Shown here in pieces: positions 8,760 through 17,597 of a stretch of 26,850 nt of DNA. This DNA comes from Pseudobacteriovorax sp. (GTDB taxonomy: Bacteria; Bdellovibrionota_B; Oligoflexia; Oligoflexales; Oligoflexaceae). A program made the translations under genes and the position numbers. The notes under the pieces are model-generated. The model saw nothing but the letters and a program-made list of their open reading frames with translations. It made no database searches and was not told where the DNA came from. Within the stretch, counting starts at the first letter, position 1; every line of letters starts with the position of its first letter. The stretch is taken from contig JBNKNM010000060.1 of NCBI GenBank assembly GCA_050293845.1, positions 1 through 26,850 on the forward strand, written 5' to 3'.

Positions 8760-9758
8760 TTAACGTTGTCTGAAAGAATCATTTAAGCTATTCAGAAAGC
8801 TTTCGTAGATATCTTTATTAACATCCTGGTTGATCACGATGTTTCCTCTTGAATCCAACTCTGCGCCAACGAAGTTTATATCCTGTAATATAGGAACAAG
8901 ATCAATTTCAAGGTTGATTTGATTTTGTTTGTCGGGATCCAAATAGATCCCCTGCTCATTTTTAATCTCAAGTTTAATACGTTCATTTGATTCTATAGTG
9001 AAATTACGGGATAAACTGCCGAAGGAAGCTGTCCCAGTGATATAGAGCGATCGATTTGTTGAGTCAGCCGGTAGATCGCCGACTTCCAAAACGGGAACAA
9101 ATTCTAACTCGATACGATAAAAGCTGCCATCATAACTATCGAAACTATCAATATTTGGGGTAATGGTCTGGGCCACCAGATCATAGAAATGGCGTGTTGA
9201 AACTCTTATGGTATCGTCAACAGATAACTCATAGGCATCAATTTCATTTTCCGAATCTGACTTGATGGTAGCAATATCGCTTTCTAGGTCTGCTATCTCC
9301 CGCTTTTCTTGCTCTTCCAAAGATTTTTTTTCTTCCTCATCTTCGATATCCTCAAGCTCTTCATCATAAGTTTTCTTCACACCTTCAATTTTTTCTTCCA
9401 CTTCTTTAACCTGATTTTCAAGATCTTTTTCCATCTGTTCTTTTTGTGCTTTAATTTCTTCAGCAAGTTGTTTTTCTTCTTCACTTTCTTCAAAAGTAGG
9501 GTCCAATCTTAGCTTGCTGAAGTGAATGAATGCTTGATCGATACTAAGTTGGTTTGCGACTAAATTTTGTGATACTACTTTGGCAGTAAAAGTCAGAGAC
9601 ACTGGAACGATTTCGCCGGCGCTGTTTTCCGGCACTGCAGAAATTTTCTTTCCGTCGGTATTATCCTTAGGATTGCCAACAAAAACACCGCAATTTGTCG
9701 CATTGGCTATGATCATAAAACTAAACAGGTGATTCATAATTTTAATTTTATTCATCAA
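8760..9758 (-). CDS. Putative lipoprotein with acidic coiled-coil insert (DUF4382-like beta domain); paralog of 10956..12125
   Basis: Lipobox-like ATNC followed by GVFVGNP; E/K-rich helical region; shared blocks YDGSFYRIEL, TNRSLYITGT and GNIVINQDVN. Confidence 0.75.
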   Translation of the reverse strand: MMNKIKIMNHLFSFMIIANATNCGVFVGNPKDNTDGKKISAVPENSAGEIVPVSLTFTAKVVSQNLVANQLSIDQAFIHFSKLRLDPTFEESEEEKQLAEEIKAQKEQMEKDLENQVKEVEEKIEGVKKTYDEELEDIEDEEEKKSLEEQEKREIADLESDIATIKSDSENEIDAYELSVDDTIRVSTRHFYDLVAQTITPNIDSFDSYDGSFYRIELEFVPVLEVGDLPADSTNRSLYITGTASFGSLSRNFTIESNERIKLEIKNEQGIYLDPDKQNQINLEIDLVPILQDINFVGAELDSRGNIVINQDVNKDIYESFLNSLNDSFRQR

Positions 9759-9764
9759 CTCACT

Positions 9765-10613
9765 CTACTTAGAAAAGGGAAACATTTGCACATTTACCTG
9801 GTACAATTGTTCCGGTTGATCTTGTGTATCTTCCAATTCCATTACTTTTCTTTGAAAACCCTGTATAAGTTCTTTTAGTTTTTCTACTTGTTTTCTCGAT
9901 ATTGCAATGGTCATAGTGGAATAATCACGTTTATCTTCAGAAAAATAACTTAGTGCTTGGCTAGCCAGGTCTATCATCTGATGGTGATAGCTAGCGACAA
10001 GAAGATTTTTGGTTGCATATCCAGGAGAAAAATCCAAGGAACTCCGTCGCAAATATCCATCTTCTGTTCGATTCAAAATATTATTTTTGCATAAAAAATC
10101 TATGTGATCCTTAATATCTTTTTCTCTAATACTAAAATGCAATCTTTTATTTATTTCACTGACATTTTCTTTAAGATCTCCACATTTTGCTAGCTCACCA
10201 ATGACAGGTATCTCCCAGGTTGAAAAGTATTTTAACAGATGCTCTTGTCCTGTTCCGGAAGTTATTTTTTCTTTTAGTTCATATAACTCATAAAAGAGTT
10301 CACTTTTCTTACTAGCTTTCTTCTCATTATGATACTCTACCATAGCTATAAAATAGCGTTTTTGTTTGCCGGTCAAATGTAAGGCTTTAGCAACACTCTC
10401 CGCGGCTTTTTTACTTAGGGGCCGTCGTCCTTTAATGATATGATTAATGGCATTAGATTTCGATAGCCCTAAATAGTCCCCTAATGAAGCATAGCTTATC
10501 TTAATACCTTCTTTCTTTAGTCCCATATATACGCCTTGTAAGTATTGACGATAATCAACGAACTGGCTAGGTTGAATATTTAGGGATTTATCTACTATTT
10601 TATACCACTCCAA
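9765..10613 (-). CDS. TIGR02147/DUF4423 family protein (N-terminal HTH)
   Basis: DYRQYL, SYASLGDYLGLS, IIKGRRPLS, YFSTWEIPVIGEL, YHHQMIDLA, RDYSTMTIAI, LYQVNVQMFPFSK; TTG start with AGGAGG RBS. Confidence 0.88.
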   Translation of the reverse strand: MEWYKIVDKSLNIQPSQFVDYRQYLQGVYMGLKKEGIKISYASLGDYLGLSKSNAINHIIKGRRPLSKKAAESVAKALHLTGKQKRYFIAMVEYHNEKKASKKSELFYELYELKEKITSGTGQEHLLKYFSTWEIPVIGELAKCGDLKENVSEINKRLHFSIREKDIKDHIDFLCKNNILNRTEDGYLRRSSLDFSPGYATKNLLVASYHHQMIDLASQALSYFSEDKRDYSTMTIAISRKQVEKLKELIQGFQRKVMELEDTQDQPEQLYQVNVQMFPFSK

Positions 10614-10955
10614 GGCTTCTTACCTCCTATCCAAGCCTTTCGGTCGCTTTTGCAGTCCAATAAAGAAAATATGTAAGTCGATAATATCTATATATTTAAA
10701 TCGTCAAACAAGGGAATAAATTAATAGCTCAGAATACTCAATGAACATTTATTTGTCCAAAATTACTCTGATAGACGTCATTTCAAAGGTTTAGCTAAGG
10801 ATGCCATAAAAATGTGGACAAAATATTCAATTGCAGATTAAAATTAGCTGCCGTAAATCTTTTTATTTATTAGTAAAATAATTTTTTTTTGAGGGCAAAG
10901 ATTTTCTCCCGAAGAGGTTTATATCAGCTCAGTGAGAGCAATAAGGAGACAAGAT

Positions 10956-12125
10956 ATGAAATTTTTTCGAGACCAAACTTCTTTCAATAATCTTATGATA
11001 AGCGCTTCGTTGTTGCTATTATCTAATTGTGGTACACAGAAAGATGTCATTCAAGCAGAATCTACTTCCACACAACAACAAGTGCCCGCTGATAGTACTG
11101 GGGCTGAAGCACCGGTGACTCTGAACTTATCCGATGGCAGCAACTTGGCACTACAGGCAGCATCCGATTATGTTATTAGTGATTCAATAAGCTTGACAGA
11201 AGCCAAAATCAATCTCGGGCGGATTAAGCTCAAGACCGAGGACGACGAGGATAAAGTAAGTGAAGATGATGAAAAGACAGAAGACGAAAACAGCGAAGAT
11301 GCCCAAAAAAGTGATGAAGAAAATATTGACAGTGAAGATGCTGAAAAATCCGATCTAAAAAATTCCTTAGAAAGTGAGTTTGCAGAGCAACTTAAAGCTT
11401 CTGAGGACGCTGAAGAAGAACTCAAGAAACAGTATGAAAGCGACAAAGAAGCAGCGCAAACAGAAGAGGAAGAAAAAGCCCTAGAGGCAAGCTATCGAGA
11501 AAAGAAAATAGCCCTTGAAAATGAAAAAGAAGATATCAAGGCAGAAATTGAAGCTGAGCTTGAAGCATATGAGGACAATTCCTCTGAGGGTGGAAATATT
11601 AAATGGAAAGGAACTTATCTTTATGAACCTATTTCTGGTGTGGTAAGCCCTGATCTTCCAGAAGTAGCTGTGTATGATGGTACTTATAAAAGCATTGAAT
11701 TCAAAATAAAACCTGCACGTGATACTGCGGATACAGATATGACCAATAGATCTGTTTACCTTTTCGGTACCGTCTCAGTCGCTGGGAATCCAGTTAACTT
11801 CCAATTCTCAACCCGGGAAGATATGGAGTTCAAAATGAAACCAGCTATACCTTTTGTCATATCTCCCGATCTAAGTAACGAGCTTACTATCGCATTTGAC
11901 TTGAAAACGTTTTTCACAGATGTCGATCTCACTCAAGCGGTTCCAGCAGCTGATGGCAGCATTTATATCAATGCTGATCAAAATCAGGAAGTCTACAAAC
12001 TCGTTCTTGAAAATATCAAAGGTGCAGCAGAGGCCCATAATAAATCTGAAGATAAAGAAGACGAAAATGATGATAGCAAAGATAAAGGGGACGAAAGCGA
12101 TACTAGCAGTAGCACAGAAGGATAA
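10956..12125 (+). CDS. Putative lipoprotein with acidic coiled-coil insert (DUF4382-like beta domain); paralog of 8760..9758
   Basis: AAGGAG RBS before ATG 10956; lipobox LLSNC; D/E-rich segment; YDGTYKSIEF, TNRSVYLFGT, GSIYINADQN. Confidence 0.8.
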   Translation: MKFFRDQTSFNNLMISASLLLLSNCGTQKDVIQAESTSTQQQVPADSTGAEAPVTLNLSDGSNLALQAASDYVISDSISLTEAKINLGRIKLKTEDDEDKVSEDDEKTEDENSEDAQKSDEENIDSEDAEKSDLKNSLESEFAEQLKASEDAEEELKKQYESDKEAAQTEEEEKALEASYREKKIALENEKEDIKAEIEAELEAYEDNSSEGGNIKWKGTYLYEPISGVVSPDLPEVAVYDGTYKSIEFKIKPARDTADTDMTNRSVYLFGTVSVAGNPVNFQFSTREDMEFKMKPAIPFVISPDLSNELTIAFDLKTFFTDVDLTQAVPAADGSIYINADQNQEVYKLVLENIKGAAEAHNKSEDKEDENDDSKDKGDESDTSSSTEG

Positions 12126-12137
12126 GCCTTAACTATT

Positions 12138-12156
12138 CCCTGGCTCAAAGCCAGGG
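12138..12156 (+). terminator. GC-rich hairpin after the lipoprotein gene
   Basis: CCCTGGCT-caa-AGCCAGGG, 12 bp after the stop; no clear U-tract. Confidence 0.45.
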
Positions 12157-12237
12157 CGCGCAAATCGACAACAACAAATTCGGCACTTTCCTTAGTAGAC
12201 GCAGATCGTAAAGACCACTGGCTATAGAGTCAACCGT

Positions 12238-12316
12238 TAGCCTCAATAATTTGACAGCCAGGTCTAACAGCAAATACTGTCTGAAAGTGTCCAGATTCTC
12301 GAACCATCCCCGGATT
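12238..12316 (+). repeat. Left arm of ~79 bp imperfect inverted repeat (partner 12807..12885)
   Basis: Manual ungapped alignment to the reverse complement of 12807..12885 gives 69/79 identical. Confidence 0.9.
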
Positions 12317-12318
12317 GT

Positions 12319-12618
12319 CTATCTTTTCTTTAATTTACGACTGACCGATATCTCCAGTATTTCCTCTTGAATCCTTTCTTTTTCTGCATTCGACGTTTCA
12401 GGATTGTGATAATCCTTAAGCCTGTGCTCCACGTGAAATTCGATAAATTTCGACCTTAATGCATGGACGGCTGATTCACAAGATGCTGCGACATGTATCA
12501 ACTCTGAACAGTGGCGACCACCTTCGATCATTCTTCGAAGTCCTTCGAGTTGGCCGATTAGACGATTCAATCTTGGAATGAGTGTCAGGTTTTTTTCGTG
12601 ATGGGGATTCAAAGCCAT
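12319..12618 (-). CDS. CsoR/RcnR/CstR-family transcriptional repressor
   Basis: RLNRLIGQLEGLRRMIEGGRHC..LI....S...A....FIEFHVEH; AAGGA upstream of ATG. Confidence 0.9.
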   Translation of the reverse strand: MALNPHHEKNLTLIPRLNRLIGQLEGLRRMIEGGRHCSELIHVAASCESAVHALRSKFIEFHVEHRLKDYHNPETSNAEKERIQEEILEISVSRKLKKR

Positions 12619-12642
12619 TTACGTTCCTTTATCTAATCCTAT

Positions 12643-12661
12643 TATACCTTATAGCCCTATA
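12643..12661. promoter_or_regulatory. Degenerate second CsoR-type operator
   Basis: TATACC-ttatagc-CCTATA; same geometry as 12747..12765, with two mismatches in the right arm. Confidence 0.4.
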
Positions 12662-12746
12662 AGTTATGTAAAAAAATACACAGTATTAAATTTATAAGTA
12701 CTATATATTATTGGACAAATGATAATAACATTATGTTGATACATAA

Positions 12747-12765
12747 TATACCGTATAGGGGTATA
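12747..12765. promoter_or_regulatory. CsoR-family operator
   Basis: TATACC-gtatagg-GGTATA: AT-flanked TACC..GGTA palindrome with G-tract, in the divergent regulator/cydA intergenic region. Confidence 0.7.
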
Positions 12766-12806
12766 CAAAAAAAATGTTTTCTCGGCACCAAAAAATAGTT
12801 TATACA

Positions 12807-12885
12807 AATCCTGGGATGGGTCGAGAATCCGGACACTTTCGGACAGTATTTCCTGCTAGACCAGATTGTCAAATTATTGAAGCTA
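12807..12885 (-). repeat. Right arm of ~79 bp imperfect inverted repeat (partner 12238..12316)
   Basis: aatcctgggatgggtcgagaatccggacactttcggacagtatttcctgctagacc... is the near reverse complement of the left arm. Confidence 0.9.
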
Positions 12886-12915
12886 GGGGTTTGAGCGTGA
12901 AAACATTTTTAGCAT

Positions 12916-12948
12916 ACTGTCCGAGAAATCAGTCTCTATCGACCAGTC
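12916..12948 (+). repeat. 33-bp direct repeat, copy 1 (partner 24580..24612)
   Basis: actgtccgagaaatcagtctctatcgaccagtc vs actgtctgagaaatcagtctctatcgaccagtc, 32/33 identical. Confidence 0.9.
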
Positions 12949-12987
12949 CCCAAATCCTGTTTCTAAATTCAAAGTAGGAAAGGGTGA

Positions 12988-14310
12988 ATGATGGACGATC
13001 TCATAGCCGCACGATCCCAAATGGCCATCTCTCTTGCTTTTCACATTATTTTCGCATGCATTGGCATGGCAATGCCACTGCTAATGGCAACATCCCATTG
13101 GCTTTGGCTGAAAACCAAGAGGCAAGTTTATCTAGATTTAACCCGCAGTTGGTCCAAAGGCGTAGCCATTTTTTTTACAACTGGAGCAGTCTCTGGTACC
13201 GCCCTATCCTTCGAACTTGGTCTTTTGTGGCCGGAGTTTATGAAACACGCTGGAGCTATCATTGGCATGCCATTTTCTTGGGAGGGAACAGCTTTTTTTG
13301 TTGAAGCTATCGCTCTAGGGATTTTTTTGTACGGCTGGAATAAGATCGGACCGCGCGTGCACTGGGTTTCTGGATTATTAGTGGGAATCTCGGGCCTTAT
13401 GTCTGGCATGTTCGTTATTACGGCAAATGCGTGGATGAACAACCCTGCCGGCTTCGACTGGATCAACGGGGCCGCCCAGAATATAGACCCCTGGGCGGCA
13501 ATGTTCAACGATCGGGCCCTCAATATGGGAATTCATATGTTGGTGGCTGCGATAGCTGCTACAGGATTCGCTGTAGCAGGATTACATGCTTTACTTTTGT
13601 TGAAAAATCCAGGCCATGAATTTCACCAGAAAGCGATCATAATCGCGATGAGTTTTGGAGCAGCCGCAGCGTTTTTACAGCCTATCTCAGGAGATATTCT
13701 CGCCAAAGAAACCGCTCAATTCCAACCCCTTAAACTTGCTGCTATGGAAGCGCACTTTGAAACCGAAAACAACGCCGGTATCTACATTGGAGGTGTTCCC
13801 GATGAGAATACAGGGCAGGTTAATTACGGCCTAAAAATACCCTATCTTCTTAGTGTTTTGGCTAAAGGAGATCCTCATGCTACAGTTGCGGGATTGAATG
13901 AATTTGATCGCAGCTTGTGGCCCCCCCTACTGATGACCCATCTCAGTTTTCAACTTATGGTAGGGCTCGGTACTCTAATGATGTTGACAGGATTACTATT
14001 TGTCTATTTACGTTGGCAAAAGCCTCATCTGCTCTTCTCTCCCAGAAGTATAAAAATCCTCGCTATACTTACCCCCACAGGATTCATCTCCGTGGAAGCT
14101 GGGTGGATAGTAACTGAACTTGGTAGGCAACCCTGGATTATCTACGGCATTATGAAGACGAGTGCTGCTCTGACACCCATCCCTGGACTTTGGTTTCCCT
14201 TTACACTATTTTTTGTTCTATACGTGTTTTTGAGTATTTTGTTAGTTTGGCTCATGAGGAGGCAGATCCAGGGAATTCCGCACTATCCTACAGGAGGATC
14301 TCATGTATGA
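12988..14310 (+). CDS. cydA: Cytochrome bd ubiquinol oxidase subunit I (short Q-loop)
   Basis: AFHIIF, WEGTAFFVE, NAWMNNPAG, GIHM, QPLKLAAME, FQLMVG, EAGWIVTELGRQPW. Confidence 0.96.
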   Translation: MMDDLIAARSQMAISLAFHIIFACIGMAMPLLMATSHWLWLKTKRQVYLDLTRSWSKGVAIFFTTGAVSGTALSFELGLLWPEFMKHAGAIIGMPFSWEGTAFFVEAIALGIFLYGWNKIGPRVHWVSGLLVGISGLMSGMFVITANAWMNNPAGFDWINGAAQNIDPWAAMFNDRALNMGIHMLVAAIAATGFAVAGLHALLLLKNPGHEFHQKAIIIAMSFGAAAAFLQPISGDILAKETAQFQPLKLAAMEAHFETENNAGIYIGGVPDENTGQVNYGLKIPYLLSVLAKGDPHATVAGLNEFDRSLWPPLLMTHLSFQLMVGLGTLMMLTGLLFVYLRWQKPHLLFSPRSIKILAILTPTGFISVEAGWIVTELGRQPWIIYGIMKTSAALTPIPGLWFPFTLFFVLYVFLSILLVWLMRRQIQGIPHYPTGGSHV

Positions 14311-15349
14311 AGCTATTGTATTTTTTTTATTAGCCTCTTTGGTTCTTTACGGTCTACTGGGAGGGGCTGATTTCGGGGCGGGAATTCTCGAAATATTTAG
14401 TCCTCCAAGTTTGGTAAATGAGATAGAAGACACTGTATATCAAGCCATGGGTCCAGTTTGGGAAGCAAACCATATGTGGTTGGTCCTGGCAATTGTTATA
14501 TTGTTTAATGGCTTTCCCAATGCCTATGCTGAAATATCTATCTTGCTTCATATACCGCTAACCCTGTTGTTAATCAGCATCATCGTGCGAGGCTGTGCGT
14601 TCACCTTTCGCCATTATGATATAGCAGGAGGGGGTCGCAGTGCGAAACTTTACAGCCTGGCTTTTCATTCTTCATCACTATTTTCTGCGCTACTAATTGG
14701 CATGATGACAGCAGCTCTAATTAAGGGGCAATTTCTTGGAGCTACATCAGGCTCTTATTGGCAGGTTTACTGGCAGCCATGGTTTAGCCCTTTTTGCCTT
14801 TCAGTAGGGATATTTGTTTGTATTCTATATGCCTATCAAAGTGTAGCTTTTCTGATTGGAGAGGAGATTAGTACACATCTAAGAAAATTTTTCAGGACAA
14901 GAACTAAGCAACTACTTTTAGCAGCCATTGTATGGGGTCCCGTGGTATTTCTAATTTCATATATGGAAGAGGCTGGGCTGGAACGCAAGTTTTTTTCAAG
15001 TACTGGGTCTTTAGCTAGCCTGCTTGTGGCTTCTCTTATTGTACCTCTTGTTTGGATCAGTATGGACAAGAACTTCAAGTGGTTGACACGATTTGCCCTC
15101 GGTATACAAATTAGCTGTATTCTTTTCGGTGTAATCTTTTTTCAATACCCCGGATTTATCGTTTACAAAAATGGAGCGATTCTTTCTTTAAGGCAGGCTA
15201 TAGCTCCTACGGAAACACAAAAAGCTCTGCTTAATGCTCTGGCTTTTGGTTCGGTAATTATTTTTCCATCACTATTTTACTTATTTCGCATTTTCAAGAA
15301 GAAAAGCAGCTGTATGGATACAGTAAGAAAGGAAGAAAAGCATGCCTAA
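14303..15349 (+). CDS. cydB: Cytochrome bd ubiquinol oxidase subunit II
   Basis: LLGGADFGAG, GPVWEANHMWL, FNGFPNAY, RGCAFTFR; overlaps the cydA stop; GGAGG RBS. Confidence 0.95.
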   Translation: MYEAIVFFLLASLVLYGLLGGADFGAGILEIFSPPSLVNEIEDTVYQAMGPVWEANHMWLVLAIVILFNGFPNAYAEISILLHIPLTLLLISIIVRGCAFTFRHYDIAGGGRSAKLYSLAFHSSSLFSALLIGMMTAALIKGQFLGATSGSYWQVYWQPWFSPFCLSVGIFVCILYAYQSVAFLIGEEISTHLRKFFRTRTKQLLLAAIVWGPVVFLISYMEEAGLERKFFSSTGSLASLLVASLIVPLVWISMDKNFKWLTRFALGIQISCILFGVIFFQYPGFIVYKNGAILSLRQAIAPTETQKALLNALAFGSVIIFPSLFYLFRIFKKKSSCMDTVRKEEKHA

Positions 15350-16016
15350 ACAAATTTTAGCAGCTTTATCACGTATCGAGAACCGCCTTGATGCCATAGA
15401 AGCAAGGCAGCAGGAAGGACCTAAAGTGGTAAACGATTTACGCACGGGTCTGACAACTATCGCTAACACCTTTGACGAATCTATGAGGATTAGCGATAAA
15501 CATCGTTGGGAAATGACAGAAAGCATTTCCGAATTAGGAGATACTTTGATTCGCTTGGGATCACCAGAAAACATAAAGGTCATCAACAAATTGGTCAAAA
15601 GCCTTCCTGTTTTAGAAGAGACATTAACGACTCTTGAAAGCCTACCGCAATTGCTAGCTATTATGACAGACTCTATAGATCAGTATGCGCTAAAGCTAAA
15701 TGAAGCCGGATTTAACTTACAGGACTTTAATAATAACGTGGCTGAAATCCTCCAACAAATGATCAGTCACATAGAGTCAGGATCCATCAACAGCCTTTTT
15801 AAATCGGGCTTATTAGATAAGTCATCAGTAGAAGTTGTAGCAGCCGTAGGAAACTCATTGGCAACCGGCGTAAAGAAAACGCGAAAAATTAGTTTGTTCT
15901 CTTTAATTACGGCCTTAAATAACGACGATTTCAAGCATGCATTATGCTTTTTAATGGATTTCGCGCAACAATTTGGAAAACACATCCAAGAAAAACAAAC
16001 GAGGGAAAACCTATGA
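15342..16016 (+). CDS. DUF1641-domain protein
   Basis: Helical protein with C-terminal KISLFSLITALNNDDFKHALCFLMDFAQQFGK signature; directly upstream of sqr. Confidence 0.75.
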   Translation: MPKQILAALSRIENRLDAIEARQQEGPKVVNDLRTGLTTIANTFDESMRISDKHRWEMTESISELGDTLIRLGSPENIKVINKLVKSLPVLEETLTTLESLPQLLAIMTDSIDQYALKLNEAGFNLQDFNNNVAEILQQMISHIESGSINSLFKSGLLDKSSVEVVAAVGNSLATGVKKTRKISLFSLITALNNDDFKHALCFLMDFAQQFGKHIQEKQTRENL

Positions 16017-17200
16017 AAAGTTTTGATCTAGTCGTCGTTGGGGGCGGTACTGCAGGAATATCAACCGCAGCAACTATTAGGGCTCAGTATCCCGAGTGGG
16101 ATATAAGCATAGCCATTGTTGATCCTAGCGAAAAACACTACTATCAACCTTTATGGACCGTTGTAGGGGCCGGGGTTGTTGCTAAGCAAGAAACAGAAAA
16201 AGACATGATCGATTATATCCCGCCGGGATGTGAATGGATCAAATCTAGTGTAATGTCTTTTCAACCAGAAAAAAATCAAGTCACCCTAGATCAAGGCGAT
16301 ATCGTTAGCTACCGCTATCTAGTCGTGGCACCAGGAATTCAACTCAACTGGGATAAAATTAGCGGGTTAAGGGAAACTTTAGGAAATAATCACGTAACTA
16401 GTAACTATGCTTATGCTACTGCGGACTATACTTGGCGCTGCATTCAAGAAACCCACGAGGGAAATGCCATTTTCACCCAACCAGCGATGCCTATTAAATG
16501 CGCTGGCGCACCGCAAAAAATTTGCTATTTGGCTGAGGATTATTTTCGCAAGCACGGGTATCGTAGCAATATCGATGTCAGATTCTGTGCTCAGGGAGCG
16601 GCTATTTTTGGCGTTCCGAAATACAAAGCTGCATTAGAAAAGGTGGTTAAGAGAAAAGAAATTTCTACTTATTTTGGTCACGAGCTTATGGCGGTAGATG
16701 GTCCGGCTAGGCAGGCTGAATTTCGATTGGTAAGTGATGGCAGTACAGTAACCATGGATTTTGCCATGCTTCATGTAACACCATCTATGAGTGCCCCAGA
16801 CTTCGTAAAAGAAAGCCTACTAGCAAACGAGCAAGGTTGGGTAGAAGTTGATCAATATAGTTTGCAGCATGTACGTTATCCTAACATTTTTTCCTTAGGA
16901 GACGCCTCAAGCCTTCCCTGCTCGAAAACTGGTGCCGCAATACGCAAGCAGGTACCTGTTTTAGTAGCAAACCTTCGAGATTTTTCGATGGATAAAGAAC
17001 TTAAAGCTCGTTATGGCGGGTATGCATCCTGCCCTTTAGTAACCGGTTATGGTAGTGCAATCTTAGCTGAGTTTGACTATGAAGGACCCGATGAGACATT
17101 TCCCTTTAACCAGGCCGAGGAACGCTTCAGTATGTATACTCTTAAGGTCTATGGATTACCTAAGCTCTACTGGAACGGAATGTTACGTGGGCTTGTTTAA
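16013..17200 (+). CDS. sqr: Sulfide:quinone oxidoreductase, type II
   Basis: Likely start ATG 16013 (ATGA overlap). VVVGGGTAG, HYYQPLWT, KCAGAPQK, FSLGD, SKTGAAIRKQ, YASCPLVTG, LAEF, YWNGMLRG; both catalytic Cys motifs present. Confidence 0.92.
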   Translation: MKSFDLVVVGGGTAGISTAATIRAQYPEWDISIAIVDPSEKHYYQPLWTVVGAGVVAKQETEKDMIDYIPPGCEWIKSSVMSFQPEKNQVTLDQGDIVSYRYLVVAPGIQLNWDKISGLRETLGNNHVTSNYAYATADYTWRCIQETHEGNAIFTQPAMPIKCAGAPQKICYLAEDYFRKHGYRSNIDVRFCAQGAAIFGVPKYKAALEKVVKRKEISTYFGHELMAVDGPARQAEFRLVSDGSTVTMDFAMLHVTPSMSAPDFVKESLLANEQGWVEVDQYSLQHVRYPNIFSLGDASSLPCSKTGAAIRKQVPVLVANLRDFSMDKELKARYGGYASCPLVTGYGSAILAEFDYEGPDETFPFNQAEERFSMYTLKVYGLPKLYWNGMLRGLV

Positions 17201-17546
17201 TTTCATTAGCGAGTAACGAAGTTCCGATCTAAGGTTCAATTGGTTTTTAAAAGCTGTAGACATTGTTTCTTGTGGAATTCGGTAGTTGGAATTTCGACAA
17301 ACTAGATAATTTAATGTCAACTCTGTTAATCAAGAACAAGCCGATAACAAAACCATTGGCCATCTATACCTTGTTGTCGCCCTCTTTAATACCTGAAAAA
17401 GTTGATGCTGAAAAATTTAAAACTTGCAGCTCTACTGTCTGGAGTTTCTCTGCTACAGTAGACATACTACAGATGATCTTTAGTTCACCTCACTACACTG
17501 CTTGCAATAATATCAAGTCATCATATTTCTTCAGTTGAGACTAGAC

Positions 17547-17566
17547 AGATCAATAGCAATTGATCT
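17547..17566. promoter_or_regulatory. 8-bp inverted repeat upstream of the 17598 ORF
   Basis: AGATCAAT-agca-ATTGATCT, 31 bp before the TTG start. Confidence 0.4.
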
Positions 17567-17597
17567 ATTTTAAGATTGTTTATTCTGAGGTGAGCAG

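Noticed and set aside
11168..11446. Ser-rich minus-strand ORF (also the Phe-rich 9309..9512 + ORF)
   Set aside because: Antisense shadows of the GAA/GAT-rich acidic regions of the lipoprotein genes.
12774..12977. 67 aa ORF upstream of cydA
   Set aside because: Made almost entirely of the repeat element; no RBS or recognisable motif.
15944..16012. N-terminal extension of the SQR ORF
   Set aside because: Overlaps DUF1641; ATG 16013 gives a typical ATGA coupling and starts right before the Rossmann motif.
17263..17538. 91 aa + ORF, and an interrupted reading on the minus strand
   Set aside because: No recognisable motif or RBS; may be a gene remnant but cannot be supported.
17547..17573. Possible FNR box
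   Set aside because: Half-sites are in the reverse arrangement to TTGAT-N4-ATCAA, and the overlapping TTGAT-ctat-TTTAA is a poor match.
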